A DNA stretch of 53,621 nucleotides, taken from positions 1-53,621 of IMG/VR virus record IMGVR_UViG_3300028326_000230; one strand, 5' to 3'. The position numbers and the translations under genes are program-made. This document shows positions 8,536 to 20,300 of this stretch, one piece after another; positions within the stretch are counted from its first letter, which is position 1; every line of letters begins with the position of its first letter. The DNA is from a virus (Duplodnaviria; Caudoviricetes). Under the pieces are notes generated by a model. It made no database searches. It was given only the letters and a program-made list of their open reading frames with translations, and had not been told where the DNA came from.

Positions 8536-8898
8536 CTATTCTTGATAACAGGAAAAGTCCCACATTTGCCCTTCTGACCAACAGAACCGTACGCCCATGA
8601 TACCGGCATAGAATGTGGGAAGGGGCCTGAAAAACCGACATTTTGCGCAGGGCGCTGCCACGGGCAGAGGGGCCGATTCAACCGTTGTTTGTACCACAAA
8701 ATCCATTTTCACAGTCTTTTGTTCCGCATCGGAATCCTCTGAGAAATCAAACTCCTTCCATTGCGTACATCTGCGGCAACCCTCAGGCCGGACGAATGGA
8801 GAATCGAATGATGCAGAAAGCGGGCGGCTCCTGTTTATCCTGCATTGTTCAAGAGTGATACGCGCAGATAGCGCCTTGCAATCAAAGAGTTCAATCAT
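8536..8898 (-). CDS. Cys-rich hypothetical protein (possible Zn-binding)
   Basis: MIELFDCKALSARITLEQC...GCRRCTQW...CAKCRFF...FCW...SCYQE. ATG 8898 is preferred because the longer ORF start lies inside the repeat. Confidence 0.6.
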   Translation of the reverse strand: MIELFDCKALSARITLEQCRINRSRPLSASFDSPFVRPEGCRRCTQWKEFDFSEDSDAEQKTVKMDFVVQTTVESAPLPVAAPCAKCRFFRPLPTFYAGIMGVRFCWSEGQMWDFSCYQE

Positions 8899-8929
8899 AA
8901 TAAAGGGCTCGGTCAAACTTAATAAGATG

Positions 8930-9001
8930 TATGCTACGCAACACGAATCAACACTACACAACGCCCCCGCCGCACTTCACTTCACCACACCATTGCTAAA
9001 C
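8930..9001 (-). repeat. 5-nt-periodic degenerate repeat (GYG+NN, 14 units); candidate guide-like ncRNA
   Basis: Minus strand: GTTTA GCAATG GTGTG GTGAA GTGAA GTGCG GCGGGG GCGTT GTGTA GTGTT GATTC GTGTT GCGTA GCATA. 13/14 units start GY and 10/14 start GYG. Confidence 0.75.
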
Positions 9002-9002
9002 G

Positions 9003-9632
9003 TTACTGCGCTGGAAGCAGGTCGAACGTAAAACGCCCAAACCCACCACCGCGAAACTGACCGAGCCCTAAAAATTGGCCATATTCAAGCAGCTGCTCAA
9101 TAACTACAAAAGAAAGTTCCTCATGAGGAAGCAATCCAATGGTTATCGTAAACGACAACTCAGGGGACGGGTTAATAATTTCCGAACTGGCCAAGGTATT
9201 TCGTGGTCCGCGTATCGTCATTGCCTGAAGCGGCCGTTCAAATATTCCATCAGGCATGCGATTCAGATGAATAACTCGTGGACCGACATATAAAAATTGC
9301 GTGAGCTTGTTCCGTAAATTCTTGATGCCTTTTTTACCATGCCCAACTTCAACAAGAGCTTTCAATGTATTCCCGGCTGCTTTTAGGAATCCAAAAAATT
9401 GATAATCCAGCAAACAGCAAAAGCCTGATTCATCACGCAGAAAGACCGTCGTCTTCGGTTGGGTCACTTCAGGCAGCATATCCGTCTCTTCCTGACCTTC
9501 GACGTCAGGCTCAGGCGCTTTGCGAGCGATATAATCTTTATAGACCTGCTTGGATGACGGGAGAGAGCCCAGGATTGGCTCAATAAATGTGATCTTATAA
9601 TCACGATACTGTATGCTGTCGGAAAGAGACAT
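9003..9632 (-). CDS. Stand-alone RAMP/Cas7-like RNA-binding protein
   Basis: N-terminal strand YKITFIEPILGSLP, helix FFGFLKAA, and C-terminal glycine-rich loop YGQFLGLGQFRGGGFGRFTF, all RAMP-superfamily hallmarks; 209 aa. Confidence 0.75.
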   Translation of the reverse strand: MSLSDSIQYRDYKITFIEPILGSLPSSKQVYKDYIARKAPEPDVEGQEETDMLPEVTQPKTTVFLRDESGFCCLLDYQFFGFLKAAGNTLKALVEVGHGKKGIKNLRNKLTQFLYVGPRVIHLNRMPDGIFERPLQAMTIRGPRNTLASSEIINPSPELSFTITIGLLPHEELSFVVIEQLLEYGQFLGLGQFRGGGFGRFTFDLLPAQ

Positions 9633-9643
9633 TACATAAACCC

Positions 9644-9928
9644 CTATTGAAATAAGTCTTTGACATAAAAACTTCCAAATCTACACGTCCCATTCCATGC
9701 TCCAATCTTGAATCGTGGATGGAACTTATAGAATCCTGGCTGATCAAGATCACCTGTCTTCGTAATATAGACTAAATACTGACCATCCTGGAGCGTTGCC
9801 TCCCATACAACTTGTTTCCCATCAGGCTTCCGAACGAGAAACACAATATCGACAGCCCCGGTAATATCCTGCTGGCAATCTGCCCGAATCTCCAATCCGA
9901 CATCTCCGACATGTATATCCGTGGCCAT
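9644..9928 (-). CDS. Small beta-sandwich phage protein (BppU N-terminal-like)
   Basis: IHVGDVG...RKPDG...YITKTGDLDQPGFY pattern; RBS GGAGG. Confidence 0.6.
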   Translation of the reverse strand: MATDIHVGDVGLEIRADCQQDITGAVDIVFLVRKPDGKQVVWEATLQDGQYLVYITKTGDLDQPGFYKFHPRFKIGAWNGTCRFGSFYVKDLFQ

Positions 9929-9936
9929 AAAGCCTC

Positions 9937-10938
9937 CTAAACCTCTTCCACTTCACACGGAGTGGAACAACAGACGGACCGAGATAACGGTGTACACAAC
10001 AAGATATTCGATGGAAGAGATGACCGGATGACGACTGGCCCAGGGACTGCGGACTGCATGATGGTTTGTGATGCAAACGGCGTCACCCGAAGAAGCTGCG
10101 AGGTAAACGGAGTACGGCAACGCCAAACTTCACGAATCCCCGTGTCCGTTATGAGAGACTGGACAGAAATTGCGAGCAACGCCGCGTTCAGATGGGGTGT
10201 CGTCGCCACGTCAACCGATACTGAAAGCGCATCAATGCGCAGCTCGCAGACTTCGGACAACGCCACGGCACACGGTGTTCCCGCTGCGGCTGGTTCCTCA
10301 AGATGGCATTCCGCGACACTGGCATTCGCCAGTCCAGCCACGGACGTCGTTGTTGGCAACGCACTCCAAACGCCGACAGCCGTTCCAACCTGGACCGACA
10401 CCACGCTTTCGGTCGTAACCGTCGCCGGTTGGGGCACGACGGCCACGCCGACAAAACCAAGCTCGGCCAGCCCAAAACCAGCCGAAGCGGCGGGTCCAAC
10501 GAAGGACGTGATTGCAACTGACGGGGTTGCGCTGACGGCAGAGGCGACGATGCCGGCCTGGGCTACGGCAAGCGCCAATTCGGATCGGACAGTCTGGACA
10601 GAAGCGGCCGGGAAGACCTCGCCGGCCTGAAGACAAAAAGACATTCCGGCTGGCGTGGCCGGAACCGTGGTGCCCATGACGCCGGTCGCAGGTTGTGCCG
10701 CCACGGCAGCCTGTGTTGCCGGAATCGAAGCGATGGCGAATGGAGTGGCAACACAGCCCGGCGCGGAACTGGTGGCCATGGCCGCATTGACAGCCGCGAC
10801 AGCAGACGGGGCAGCCGTGGCCGCACAACACGCCACGCCAGCAGTGGCAACGCCAACGAGAACGGTGGCGTCACCACTGACCCATGCCGAGTCATCACCG
10901 ACCCAGGCTCTTGGAGAATCGCTCCAGGGACCGTTCAC
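9937..10938 (-). CDS. Ala/Val-rich phage tail-associated protein
   Basis: Long ORF in the operon; probable GTG start at 10938, 2 nt after the upstream stop. Confidence 0.55.
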   Translation of the reverse strand: MNGPWSDSPRAWVGDDSAWVSGDATVLVGVATAGVACCAATAAPSAVAAVNAAMATSSAPGCVATPFAIASIPATQAAVAAQPATGVMGTTVPATPAGMSFCLQAGEVFPAASVQTVRSELALAVAQAGIVASAVSATPSVAITSFVGPAASAGFGLAELGFVGVAVVPQPATVTTESVVSVQVGTAVGVWSALPTTTSVAGLANASVAECHLEEPAAAGTPCAVALSEVCELRIDALSVSVDVATTPHLNAALLAISVQSLITDTGIREVWRCRTPFTSQLLRVTPFASQTIMQSAVPGPVVIRSSLPSNILLCTPLSRSVCCSTPCEVEEV

Positions 10939-10940
10939 GA

Positions 10941-11357
10941 CTAGCTCAGCAACAAAATACCGGTGGCCTCGAACTGTACGGTAAACGTCCCGCCCGTGAC
11001 CCCTTTGTCCGCTCCGAAGTCGAGCAGGCACACAAGCGGGTTGACCAGGCTATTGGCCGTACCGGATTTGTAGATGACGGCATAGCGGGCCGTAATGGTG
11101 GCCGTGGTCCAGGACGGATCATCGGCATCCAGGACGGCCTTGCCATCCACGATGCCCCAGGTCACGTTGGCCAGGGTGGCGCCCCCGGCCGTATAGCCGG
11201 TGCCCGTCACCTCGCCGGTCAGATCGCCGAACACGGCATTGGCCGCGTTCGGCGTATGGGAGGAGGAGAACAAAGCGCACTTGAACGTGTCGGCATCCAT
11301 GTCAAAGGTGCCGTCGCCGATGCGCCGCTTGAAGCTCGTGTAGACGATGTCGGCCAT
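10941..11357 (-). CDS. Conserved phage structural protein
   Basis: DTFKCALF...EVTGTGYTAGGATL...DADDPSWTTATITARYAVIYK...GGTFTVQF, a widespread phage tail-region family; RBS GGAG. Confidence 0.8.
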   Translation of the reverse strand: MADIVYTSFKRRIGDGTFDMDADTFKCALFSSSHTPNAANAVFGDLTGEVTGTGYTAGGATLANVTWGIVDGKAVLDADDPSWTTATITARYAVIYKSGTANSLVNPLVCLLDFGADKGVTGGTFTVQFEATGILLLS

Positions 11358-11369
11358 GGTGGAGGTCTC

Positions 11370-14300
11370 CTATCTGGCAAATTGGGCCGCCCGGTCCATT
11401 GCCTGACGCTCTCTCTCGCGAAGAGCCTCCATCCTCCTGGTCTTCATCGGTTCGGGCAGGCGCGACTTCTGCACCTTGCCCATTTCGTCATGTACCGCTT
11501 GCACTCGATTAACCAACAGACGCAAGCGCGGCAAGCGGGATTCGTCGCGCACCCGCGCCGCCCCGGTCAGGTCGCCGTCCGCGCGCAGCGCGTCATAGCG
11601 TTCCTTGGCCTGGGCATAGGCCCGGCGCACCGCATAGTACGGATGATCGAGCCCGGCGATATCGCCTTCGGTCAACGCTTCGGCTGGCTTCTGTTCGCCG
11701 CCGGACAGCCTGTCCCGCTCGCGCTTCGTCGGCTGCGCCAGGCGTTCGGTCTGCCGCAACAGGGTCGCCCGGGTGATATACGACACGCGCCCCGAAAGTC
11801 CGGCTTCGGCTACGTCCCGGTTGTAGGCGGTCACCGCGTCCACGATTGCCGCCCGTTCGGCCGCGTCTTTCCCTCCGGACAAGGCAAAGGATCGGAACCG
11901 CGCGTACAGCCCGTCGCGACGTTCGGTGTAGCGGCGTTCCTCGTCGATGGCCTCGCTCGTCCGCTCCCTGGCCCGGGCTTCGCGCACCGGCCGGAAGCCC
12001 AAAGCCTTGGCCGCGGACTCTCCGGGAGTCGGCACAAGCCGTTTCCCGTCCGCATCGAAAACGGGATAGTTTTTCGATGTCGAAACGCCCTGCTCGGATT
12101 CCCGCACCGCTTGCAGGATCTTCGACACTCCGGTCGGCAGCAGCTTTTCCAATCCGCGCCCGGGCTGGCCGCCGGCAACGTATCCCAGCCCCTGGAGAAC
12201 ATCCCGCCCCAGGCCGCCCATGGGACCGAGCACATCCACCCAGGTATCCGGGATATCGATCATGGTGCCGATCGATCCATGCAGGTCCGACCCGGTCACG
12301 AGCCCAAGCAGGCCGAACCGGGCCAAATCCTCGGCCCCCTCGCCCAGGTTGCGCCTGGTCCAGTCGTACACCCATTTTTCCGGGTCGTCGTCCGATCCGG
12401 ACGCCGCGAAAATCCCTTTCACGAGCGAGGTCAACACCTGGCTTCCGATGCCGCCCAAAACAATGGGCGCCCCCAAGGCGTAGGTCGCGGCCTGCCAGTC
12501 TTTTTTGGCGAACAACTCATGGATCATTTGCAGGTAGTTGTGGCCGTACTTTTTGTAGACGTACCACGACTGCCCCAGCCGTGACCCCATGCCGGTTCCC
12601 CAGGTCCAGGCCGGTTGCGTGGCCCGGTCATAGACGCCGTGCGCCCGGTCGCTCGTTTCCCTGGCCCGGGCCATGGCCGTGGCATGATCGGCGCCGGCGC
12701 CCCGGGCCAGCCGATACGCCGCAAGCAGCGTCGAGCCCCGGTTCAGTTGCTCCGTCGCCCCGAACAGGGCCATGGTCTTGCCCATGAGCCAGGACCAGGT
12801 CTTGCCGGCCGTGTCGCGGTAGACGGACAACGCCTCCCGCGCAAACTGCGGATCATCCAGGGATTCGCGCCGCACCAGGTCCAGGAATTTTTGCTCGTCC
12901 GCCGAGAACCCGCCCCACTTGCCGGTCATGCGTCCCAGATAATCCCACATAGACCGGGCCACCTCGCGCCCGATCTTGGCCCACCCGCCCTTGCCTTCCA
13001 GGGCATAGGCGTGCAGGGCCGCCGGCACCGACGTGGCCATGGATGAGACGTTGACCAGGGCCGACCGGGGATTGAGACCCAGGTATTTCAGGCTGGCCAA
13101 CGATTTGGCCAGGGAGAACACGCGGTCCCCGGCTTCGGCGTTGCGCAGGTTCTCGGCCAGGTAATCCACCCCCAGCCGGTAGACCTCGCGCTCCTTGCGG
13201 ATATCCACGCCCGGGGCCTCCTTGGTCCCGAACAGGGTCTTGGTCGCCTTGCCGGCCGCCTCCATCTTGGCCAGGCCATAGGCCGTGTTCCCGGCGTACC
13301 GGGCGAACCGCTCCACGGCATCCTTGAAATAACCCTGCACCGCTTCGCCGTGGCGTCCAGTGCGCCGGATGGATTGCGCCCGGAACCCGCGTGCCTTCAA
13401 ATCCTCGGCCAGGTTCTCGACCAGCTCTTCGACCATGGCCGCGTCCACGCCGTCGCCGGCACTGCGCCGGGCCGCGCTTTCCACGGTCTTGGCCAGCTCC
13501 AACGCCTTGACCACCTGCTGGGTGGCCTCGGGCAGCTTTTCCAGCCGGGACACCGATTCCATGTTCCAGCCGTCCCGGGCCATCTTGGCCCGCAACGCCT
13601 CGGCCCCGGCCCGCCACTCCTTATGGGCGCGGAATCGCTCCACCGTGCCGTCCTCGCGCTCGCGTTGCCCGCGCACCACATACTCGCCCGTCTCGCGCAA
13701 ACGCGGGGCGTAGAACCCCTTGAGCTGGCCCATGCGCTCCACGGCTTCGGCCAGGGAGAGCATGACCGCCTTGCCGGACTCGTCCACGAACCGCACGTCG
13801 GCCAACTGGCCTTTGATCGTGATGCCTTCCTTGCGCGCCTTGCCCACTACCTCGCGCACCGTCTCGGCATGCGCCCGCAACTCCCGGGGCAGGCTTTGGT
13901 CCTTGTGGTAGGCGGCCGCGTCAAAGGTCTTGGACGCTTCGGCCGGCACGTCGGCCGCGACCAGGCGCCGCCGGATCTTGGCCTCGTACTGCTTGCGGGC
14001 CTGGTCGATCAGATCCCGGTAGGATTGCAACCGCGCATCGAGGAGCATGTCATAGCGTTCGCGCATGGTCCGCCAGAGGCCGATGGTCGCCTCCGTGGCG
14101 CCATGTTCCTTGAACCAGGTCTCCATGGCCTCGGGGCGGATCTCGTTCACATCGGCGTAATCCACGCCGTCGTTCAGGATCTCGCGCTGCGCCGTATCCT
14201 TGAGGACGTCCTTGGCTTCCTGGAGGATGGTGCGGTCTCCGTCCAGGTCAAAGGCCTTGTGGAGCAATTCGTGGGCGCGGTCGGTGCGGTCGCGGAACAC

Positions 14301-17300
14301 TTCGTACAACCGCTTGAGTACCGGATGCTGCCAGTATTCCGGGGAACGGAGGATTTTCCCGAGCACGGCGGTCTCTTTGAACTTGTCGCCGACCGCCGGC
14401 AGGATGGAGCGCACATGGGCCGTGGCTTCGTCGCGGAGCCAGTCCTTGAGCTTGGACGGTTCCTCCGGCACGCCAGTCAAGGCGCCGGCCCGGGCGTAGC
14501 GGACCGTTGTCTTGACTCCATTCAGAAGATGACTTACGGAAATAGTGTCTTGGCCATCGCCGCCAGGAACTGGTGAGCCGGTCGCAGGTTCGTTGATCCG
14601 CTGCCCATCGGGCATGTCACGGACAGGTCGGGCCGGCTCTTCCATTTCCGTCAGGGAATGGTCATAGAGCTTACGGCCGTCCGCGTACTCTTTCACCGTC
14701 AACTTGACACGGGCAAGACCCTCCCCAGTCCGCAACGGCGCGTACAGGCGATGAATGGCCTTGATATGCGGATCACCGGCTCTATCCGGTTCCGTGTTCG
14801 CCAGGACCGCCTCCCTGACTAGTGCCGGCATAACCCGCATCGCCTCATAGTGCAGCCGGTCTTCCCGTTGGCTTGTCTGCTTGGCGACACGGCTCCGCGT
14901 AATCTCGATATCCCAGCCCGTTTGTTCATTGCGGTAGATGCCAGGGAGATTTTCAACCGCCCATTTTCTGGCCTCCCGTCGCAGTGCGGCGATATTTCCC
15001 GCCTCGAATCGCTGTTCGGGCAAGGAAACGACCCGGACAGCCCTCTCTCCGTCCCGTCCTTCTTCGCTCCGGGCATAGGCCAACGACGGCGCCAAGGTCC
15101 GTCCCAGCGGCGCCACATAATCAAGCCCCTTGCCATCCACGAAATCATCGGCCTGGGCTACGAGCTGGCGCAATTCCGCCTTGGTCAGGGACAGACCCGG
15201 GAAGATCGAGCGCACCCATTGCGCGACCTTGGCCAACAACCGGTCCAGGGCGCGGTGCACGGTGCCGTCCTTGGCCCACGTGGCCAGGATTTCTTCGGCC
15301 GCTTCGGCCCTGGTTTCGCGTGTGGACTCCAGGCCGGCGCGCCCCAGCCATTTGGCGACCTCACGCGGCATGCTCCGTGAGGCCTGAAGCATAAAATCCT
15401 GGCGTCCGTCAGGCCCTCCCAGCATCAGATCAAAGGCGCCGTGCCGCCCCTCATGCCGCAGCAGCCCTTGGACGAAAGCGGTCTGGCCAGCCTTTTCCGA
15501 AGGGATATTGCCGGAGACAAAAACCATACGCCTGGAGTCCGGATCATAAGCGCCGAAAAACTGGCCGGAAACGCCGTCCCGCTCGACTCTCTTGCGTATG
15601 GCCGCCGGCAGGTCCGCCTCGGATTCGTAGATATCCACGATCCCGGCCAGGGCCGGCACCTGCCGCAACCCCTGCCGCAAGCTCTCGGACACGGCCCGGG
15701 CCATCCGCTCGATGCCGCGCGTGGGTGAACCCTGCCAGGCCCGTTGCAGCATAACCGGCGCGCCATCAGCCTCGTCTTCGCCATCTTCCCCGGCTTCCTT
15801 CGCTTTTTCCAGATCTTCGTTCTTGGCCGCCTTCAGTTCGGCCTCGACTTGGCGCAATCGCTTGCTTGTCTGCTGAAACTCTTCTTCCCGGGAGAATTTC
15901 TCCTCCACCAGCTTTTCCAGGGAAACCGCCGACTGTTGCGCCCGCTCGACCGCATTCTGAATGTTCTCCGGCTCCCTGGCGACACTCTCCAAGCCGTTGT
16001 TGAAGCTCTGCACGAACCCGGTCGGCGTATTGAAATTCTTTGAAAAAAGTTGATCTTTTTTCTTGTCGAGAACTTCATATTCCCCGGTCAGCATAACGTC
16101 GGTCACGTTGGCCATGCCATCGGAGCGATTCGAGTCGGCACCCACCGCCCGGGATGAAACCGGGGTAATGGTGGCCACGACCTCATACCCGCCCGTCTCG
16201 AATCGAACCGATCCGACGAACTTTTTGCGGACCGACTCGTAATGCGCGACGGTCCCTCCGACAGTCTCCTTTTCGAGGCGTTGCTTCACGCCATCATACC
16301 AGGCCGTCAGTTTGGTCGTAAAATCCTTGCGGTCGAAATTCCCGTCCTTGAGTGTGAACTTTTCCGCCTTGAGGCCAGGGAAAGCCTTGCGCAGCTGTTC
16401 GGCAGACGCTTCGGCCACCTTCAGGTTCGTTTCTAGTCTCGGGATCTGGACTTCCCGCAAGGCGTTCAGCTGGTGGATACGGGCGGCCTTCTCATCCTGA
16501 AACGCCTGGCGCAACCGCCCCAGGTCGCGGACATGGCCTTCCAGCTTCACACGCTCCATGGCCAAGGGATTGCCCGAGAAGGCGGCCATCATGTCCTCGA
16601 AGGACAATTGTACGTCGTCGAAGGGGTTCTCCATCACGTCCCCGTCGATCTCACCGCGCAACAACTGATTGATAAACTTCTGCTTGTTCTGGAGGATGTT
16701 GAAGCTCACGGAGTCCAAGGTGTTCTTCACTCCGTAGGCCAGAATCTCCACCTTGGAAAACATGTTCCCCTGACGTCGGATGCGCCCGTTGCGCTGCTCC
16801 CAATCCATGGGACGCACCGGGGGCGAGAGATGATGCAACGCCTGCAGGCGTTCCTGGATGTTGACTCCAACACCGAGCTTTTCTGTGGACCCCATCACCA
16901 CCCGCACGTCGCCGGCATTAACCGCCGTAAAAAGCTTTTCCCGGTCCTTCTCGTTGTAGTCGTAGATGATGGCGATTTCCTTGGCCGGAATGCCCTTGGC
17001 CACCAGCTTACGCTTCAGGTCCTTCCAGATGTTGAAGCTCTTGTCCGAGGATTGGTAAATGTCGCTGAAAATCGCCTGGGCCGCGCGCTTGTCCGCATGG
17101 GCCACGTAACGCTTGTAAATCTCGTCGGCCGCCGCCTCGAGCTTTCCCCCGGGCGCCTCGGCCAACTTTGGATTGACCAGGCGCATGTCCAGGGCCGCCT
17201 TCTGGGCCAGGTTGTAGATTAAAAGTGGCACATGGGATTGCTGGCGTTTTTCCTTCCCTCCCAAGTTCTCCCATTGCATCCGCCATTGTTTGAGATGCTG

Positions 17301-20300
17301 GATATATTCGGCCAGGGAGGGGTTGCGCTCCAGGGATATTTCGCTGGGACGCCCGCCTTCGATCTTGGGAATGTCCTGGATGTAGTCCAGATCCTCGGCC
17401 AGTACGACATCAGCCCCGGCCTTCCACATTGAAACGAGTTCGCCCAGGTTCTGGTAGCGGTTAAAACGGGTCACAGGCTTATAGTCGCCCGTGGCCGTCT
17501 CCTCGATGTCGGTCTTGGTGGCACAAAAGGTCGAGGCGAAATCGTCGAATTGCGTGACGTGATACCGCTCCAGCAAATCGGGCCGGATGTAGCGCAACAT
17601 CGTCCACAATTCGGCCAGGGTGTTGGAGACCGGCGTGCCGGTGGCCAGGTGGACGTTCTTGCCGCCGGTCTTTTCCATGACGTAGCGGGACTTGAGCAAA
17701 AGCTGCATGGACCGTTGGGAGGAATCCGTGTCCAGTCCCTTCACGTTGTCCATTTTGGTGACGAAATCGCCCCGCTTGTAGGCATGGGCTTCGTCCACTA
17801 CGAGCATATCCACGCCCGTATCCTCGAAAAAAATGTTCTCGTCCTTGCGCGCGTCCAGAAGGGACTTCAGTCGGGCCTCGCGCTTGAGAATCATTTTTTC
17901 GATCTGCTTAACACGCGGCGACTTCTTGCCTTTTTCCGACGAATCAGCCTTAGCCTCCTTCAGTTCGGCCCCGAGTACGGACAACTCTTCCTCGATAAAG
18001 GCCGTCTCCCGCTCCGGGGAGATGGCCAGGCCGTTGAAGAAGGAATGAGGCACGATTACCGCGTCCCAATCCCCGGTGGCGATCTGGGACAGCAGCCTCT
18101 GCCGGTTGGCCCGGGTCCGATCTTCGGCGTCCGGAGCCAGAACCCGGGCCGCCGGATAAAGCCGCTTGAAGGCACTGGCGAACTGTTCGAGTGTGGCACC
18201 CTGCACCACGATCATAGGCTTGCGGGCCGTGCCGAGCCGCCGGGCCTCCATGGCCATGGTGGTGACAAGGTAGGTCTTTCCCGCACCAACGCCGTGGGCG
18301 AAGATGGTATTTTCCTGGAGTCCGCGGGCCACTCCACGCTTCTGGTGGTCACGCAGGCTGACGGCCTCCACCGCCCCGGGAAAGTGCGCGACATCCGGAA
18401 CATCGTACTGCCGGGGCAGTTGCCCACCAAAATTGGAGTCGTAGAGTGCCTCCAATTCCTTGGCCTGGGCCGGCGTCTCCCGGACGAATTTTAAGAACTC
18501 CGCCTGCAACGCCTTCTGTTTTTCCTGGACCAGCAGGGTCGCGTTTTGGTCCACCTCCCGCTTCGTGCCGTCTCCGTCCGGCACGCGCCGATAGGCCTTG
18601 GATAACTTCAGATTAAGGGAGTCCTCGAGAATGCGAAGCAGGTCCGTGTCGTTGACCGTCCACCGATTCCTTGTCTCGTCGGTGAGCCAGCCCTTCACGG
18701 TCCAGGATGACAAGCCGTCCTCACCCGAGAAGGTGCGCGTCTGCACAGCCTGGGCCTGGCGCACGCCCAGGTGCGCCATGAAGGCGGCAACGGTCTTGTC
18801 AGGAATCCAGGTGGAACCCAGCCGTGCGTCGATACGGCTGATGGGTTTGGGGGTCGGCTGGACAGCTTCCAGGGCTTCCACGTTCCGTTTGTAATCCTGG
18901 TTCCCTTCCGCCGAAACTTTGGCCTCCTGGAGCTTGTCCCGGACATTGCCGGACAGGTACACCTGCGGCGTCTCCAAAAGCCCCGTGGTGGGATTCTCGT
19001 AAGCCGCTCCGGTCTCCAGCAGCCGCCGCTTGGCCTCGACCGCAGGAACGGCGAGTAGTTCGCCGATCCTGCCCACGTCCAGCCGACCTCGGTACAAAAT
19101 ACTGATTTTGACCGCGTCCTCGATTGAACTGGCCGTCTTCGGCTCCGTAAACGGCCGCAATGTCCGCTTGGTGAAAATGTCGGCCTTGGCGATAACCGCT
19201 TGCTTATCGCCGCCGCCCACACGCTCCTCTTTTTTCTCCAGAGCCAGGACGTTGGGATAATCGACGTCATCCCGCAGGAATTTCAGGCTCCGGTTTTCGA
19301 GAAACGGGCCGTGTTTCTTGACAAAGGCATCATAGGCCCTGGCCAGGGTCGCCTGCCCAGCGGCAATGTCGGCGTCGGAGGCCTCTTCGGACAGCATGGT
19401 CCGCACCAGGTCGGAGGCGGCGGTCTTGACGCCGACATACTCCCGGGCAATGGCCTGGCGGCGTTCAGCCAGACCGCCTTCCTGCCATTCCGGTCGGACC
19501 AGGCGGCCGTCTTCCACGGCGAGCACGTGGCCATCTTTGAGGACATAGGCCCCTTCCTTCATGCCCTCGTCGGCCCGTTCTCCCAGGGCGTCAGGACTCG
19601 GCAGTGGCTGGTTCGCCACGCCATCGCCCATGATGTCCACTGGCAGATGGGCAACGGCCTCGTAAAACTGTTTTTCCATGGGCCGGGTCTTGTCCGGCAG
19701 CACCGTGTACTCCTTGCCGCCGTACATGCTACCAGCCAGGGAATGCTTCCCGAGCACCATTTCCGGATGCGCCACGAAATACTCGTTGATTCCGGCCTGC
19801 CCTTCCGGGGTGTCCACCTTCTCAACCATGCGCCAGGGCTGCCCCTCGAACGGATGCTCGTCCTTCTTGCGCAGGATGAGGATGTCCGTGGTCACTTCCG
19901 TGCCGGCGTTTTTGGCAAAGGCATTTCCAGGCAGCCGCACGGCGCCCACCAGATCGGCCTTGCCCGCCAGATACTCCCGGATCTTGCCCCACTTGGTCGT
20001 GTCCATGGTGTAGTGCGAGGTGATAGCTACGACCAGGCCGCCCGGCCGCGCCACGTCCAGGGAGCGGGCCAGAAAATAATTATGGATGCTCCAGCCGGAA
20101 TAGTCCTTGTGTGCCTTGTCGTGGACGGGGTAGTCGCCGAACGGCACATTGGAGATGACCAGGTCGGCCGTATTGCTCCCCATGCGCTTGGCATCCTGAA
20201 AGCCGGTTACCTGGATGTCGGCGGCTGGATAGAGCTTGCCGAGCAACCGGCCGGTCACGGCGTCCAGTTCGACGCCGCGCAGGTCCGAGGCCTGAGCGAG

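Noticed and set aside
8899-8961. N-terminal extension MCSVDSCCVAY... of the 141-aa ORF
   Set aside because: It is a translation of the periodic repeat; ATG 8898 is the more plausible start.
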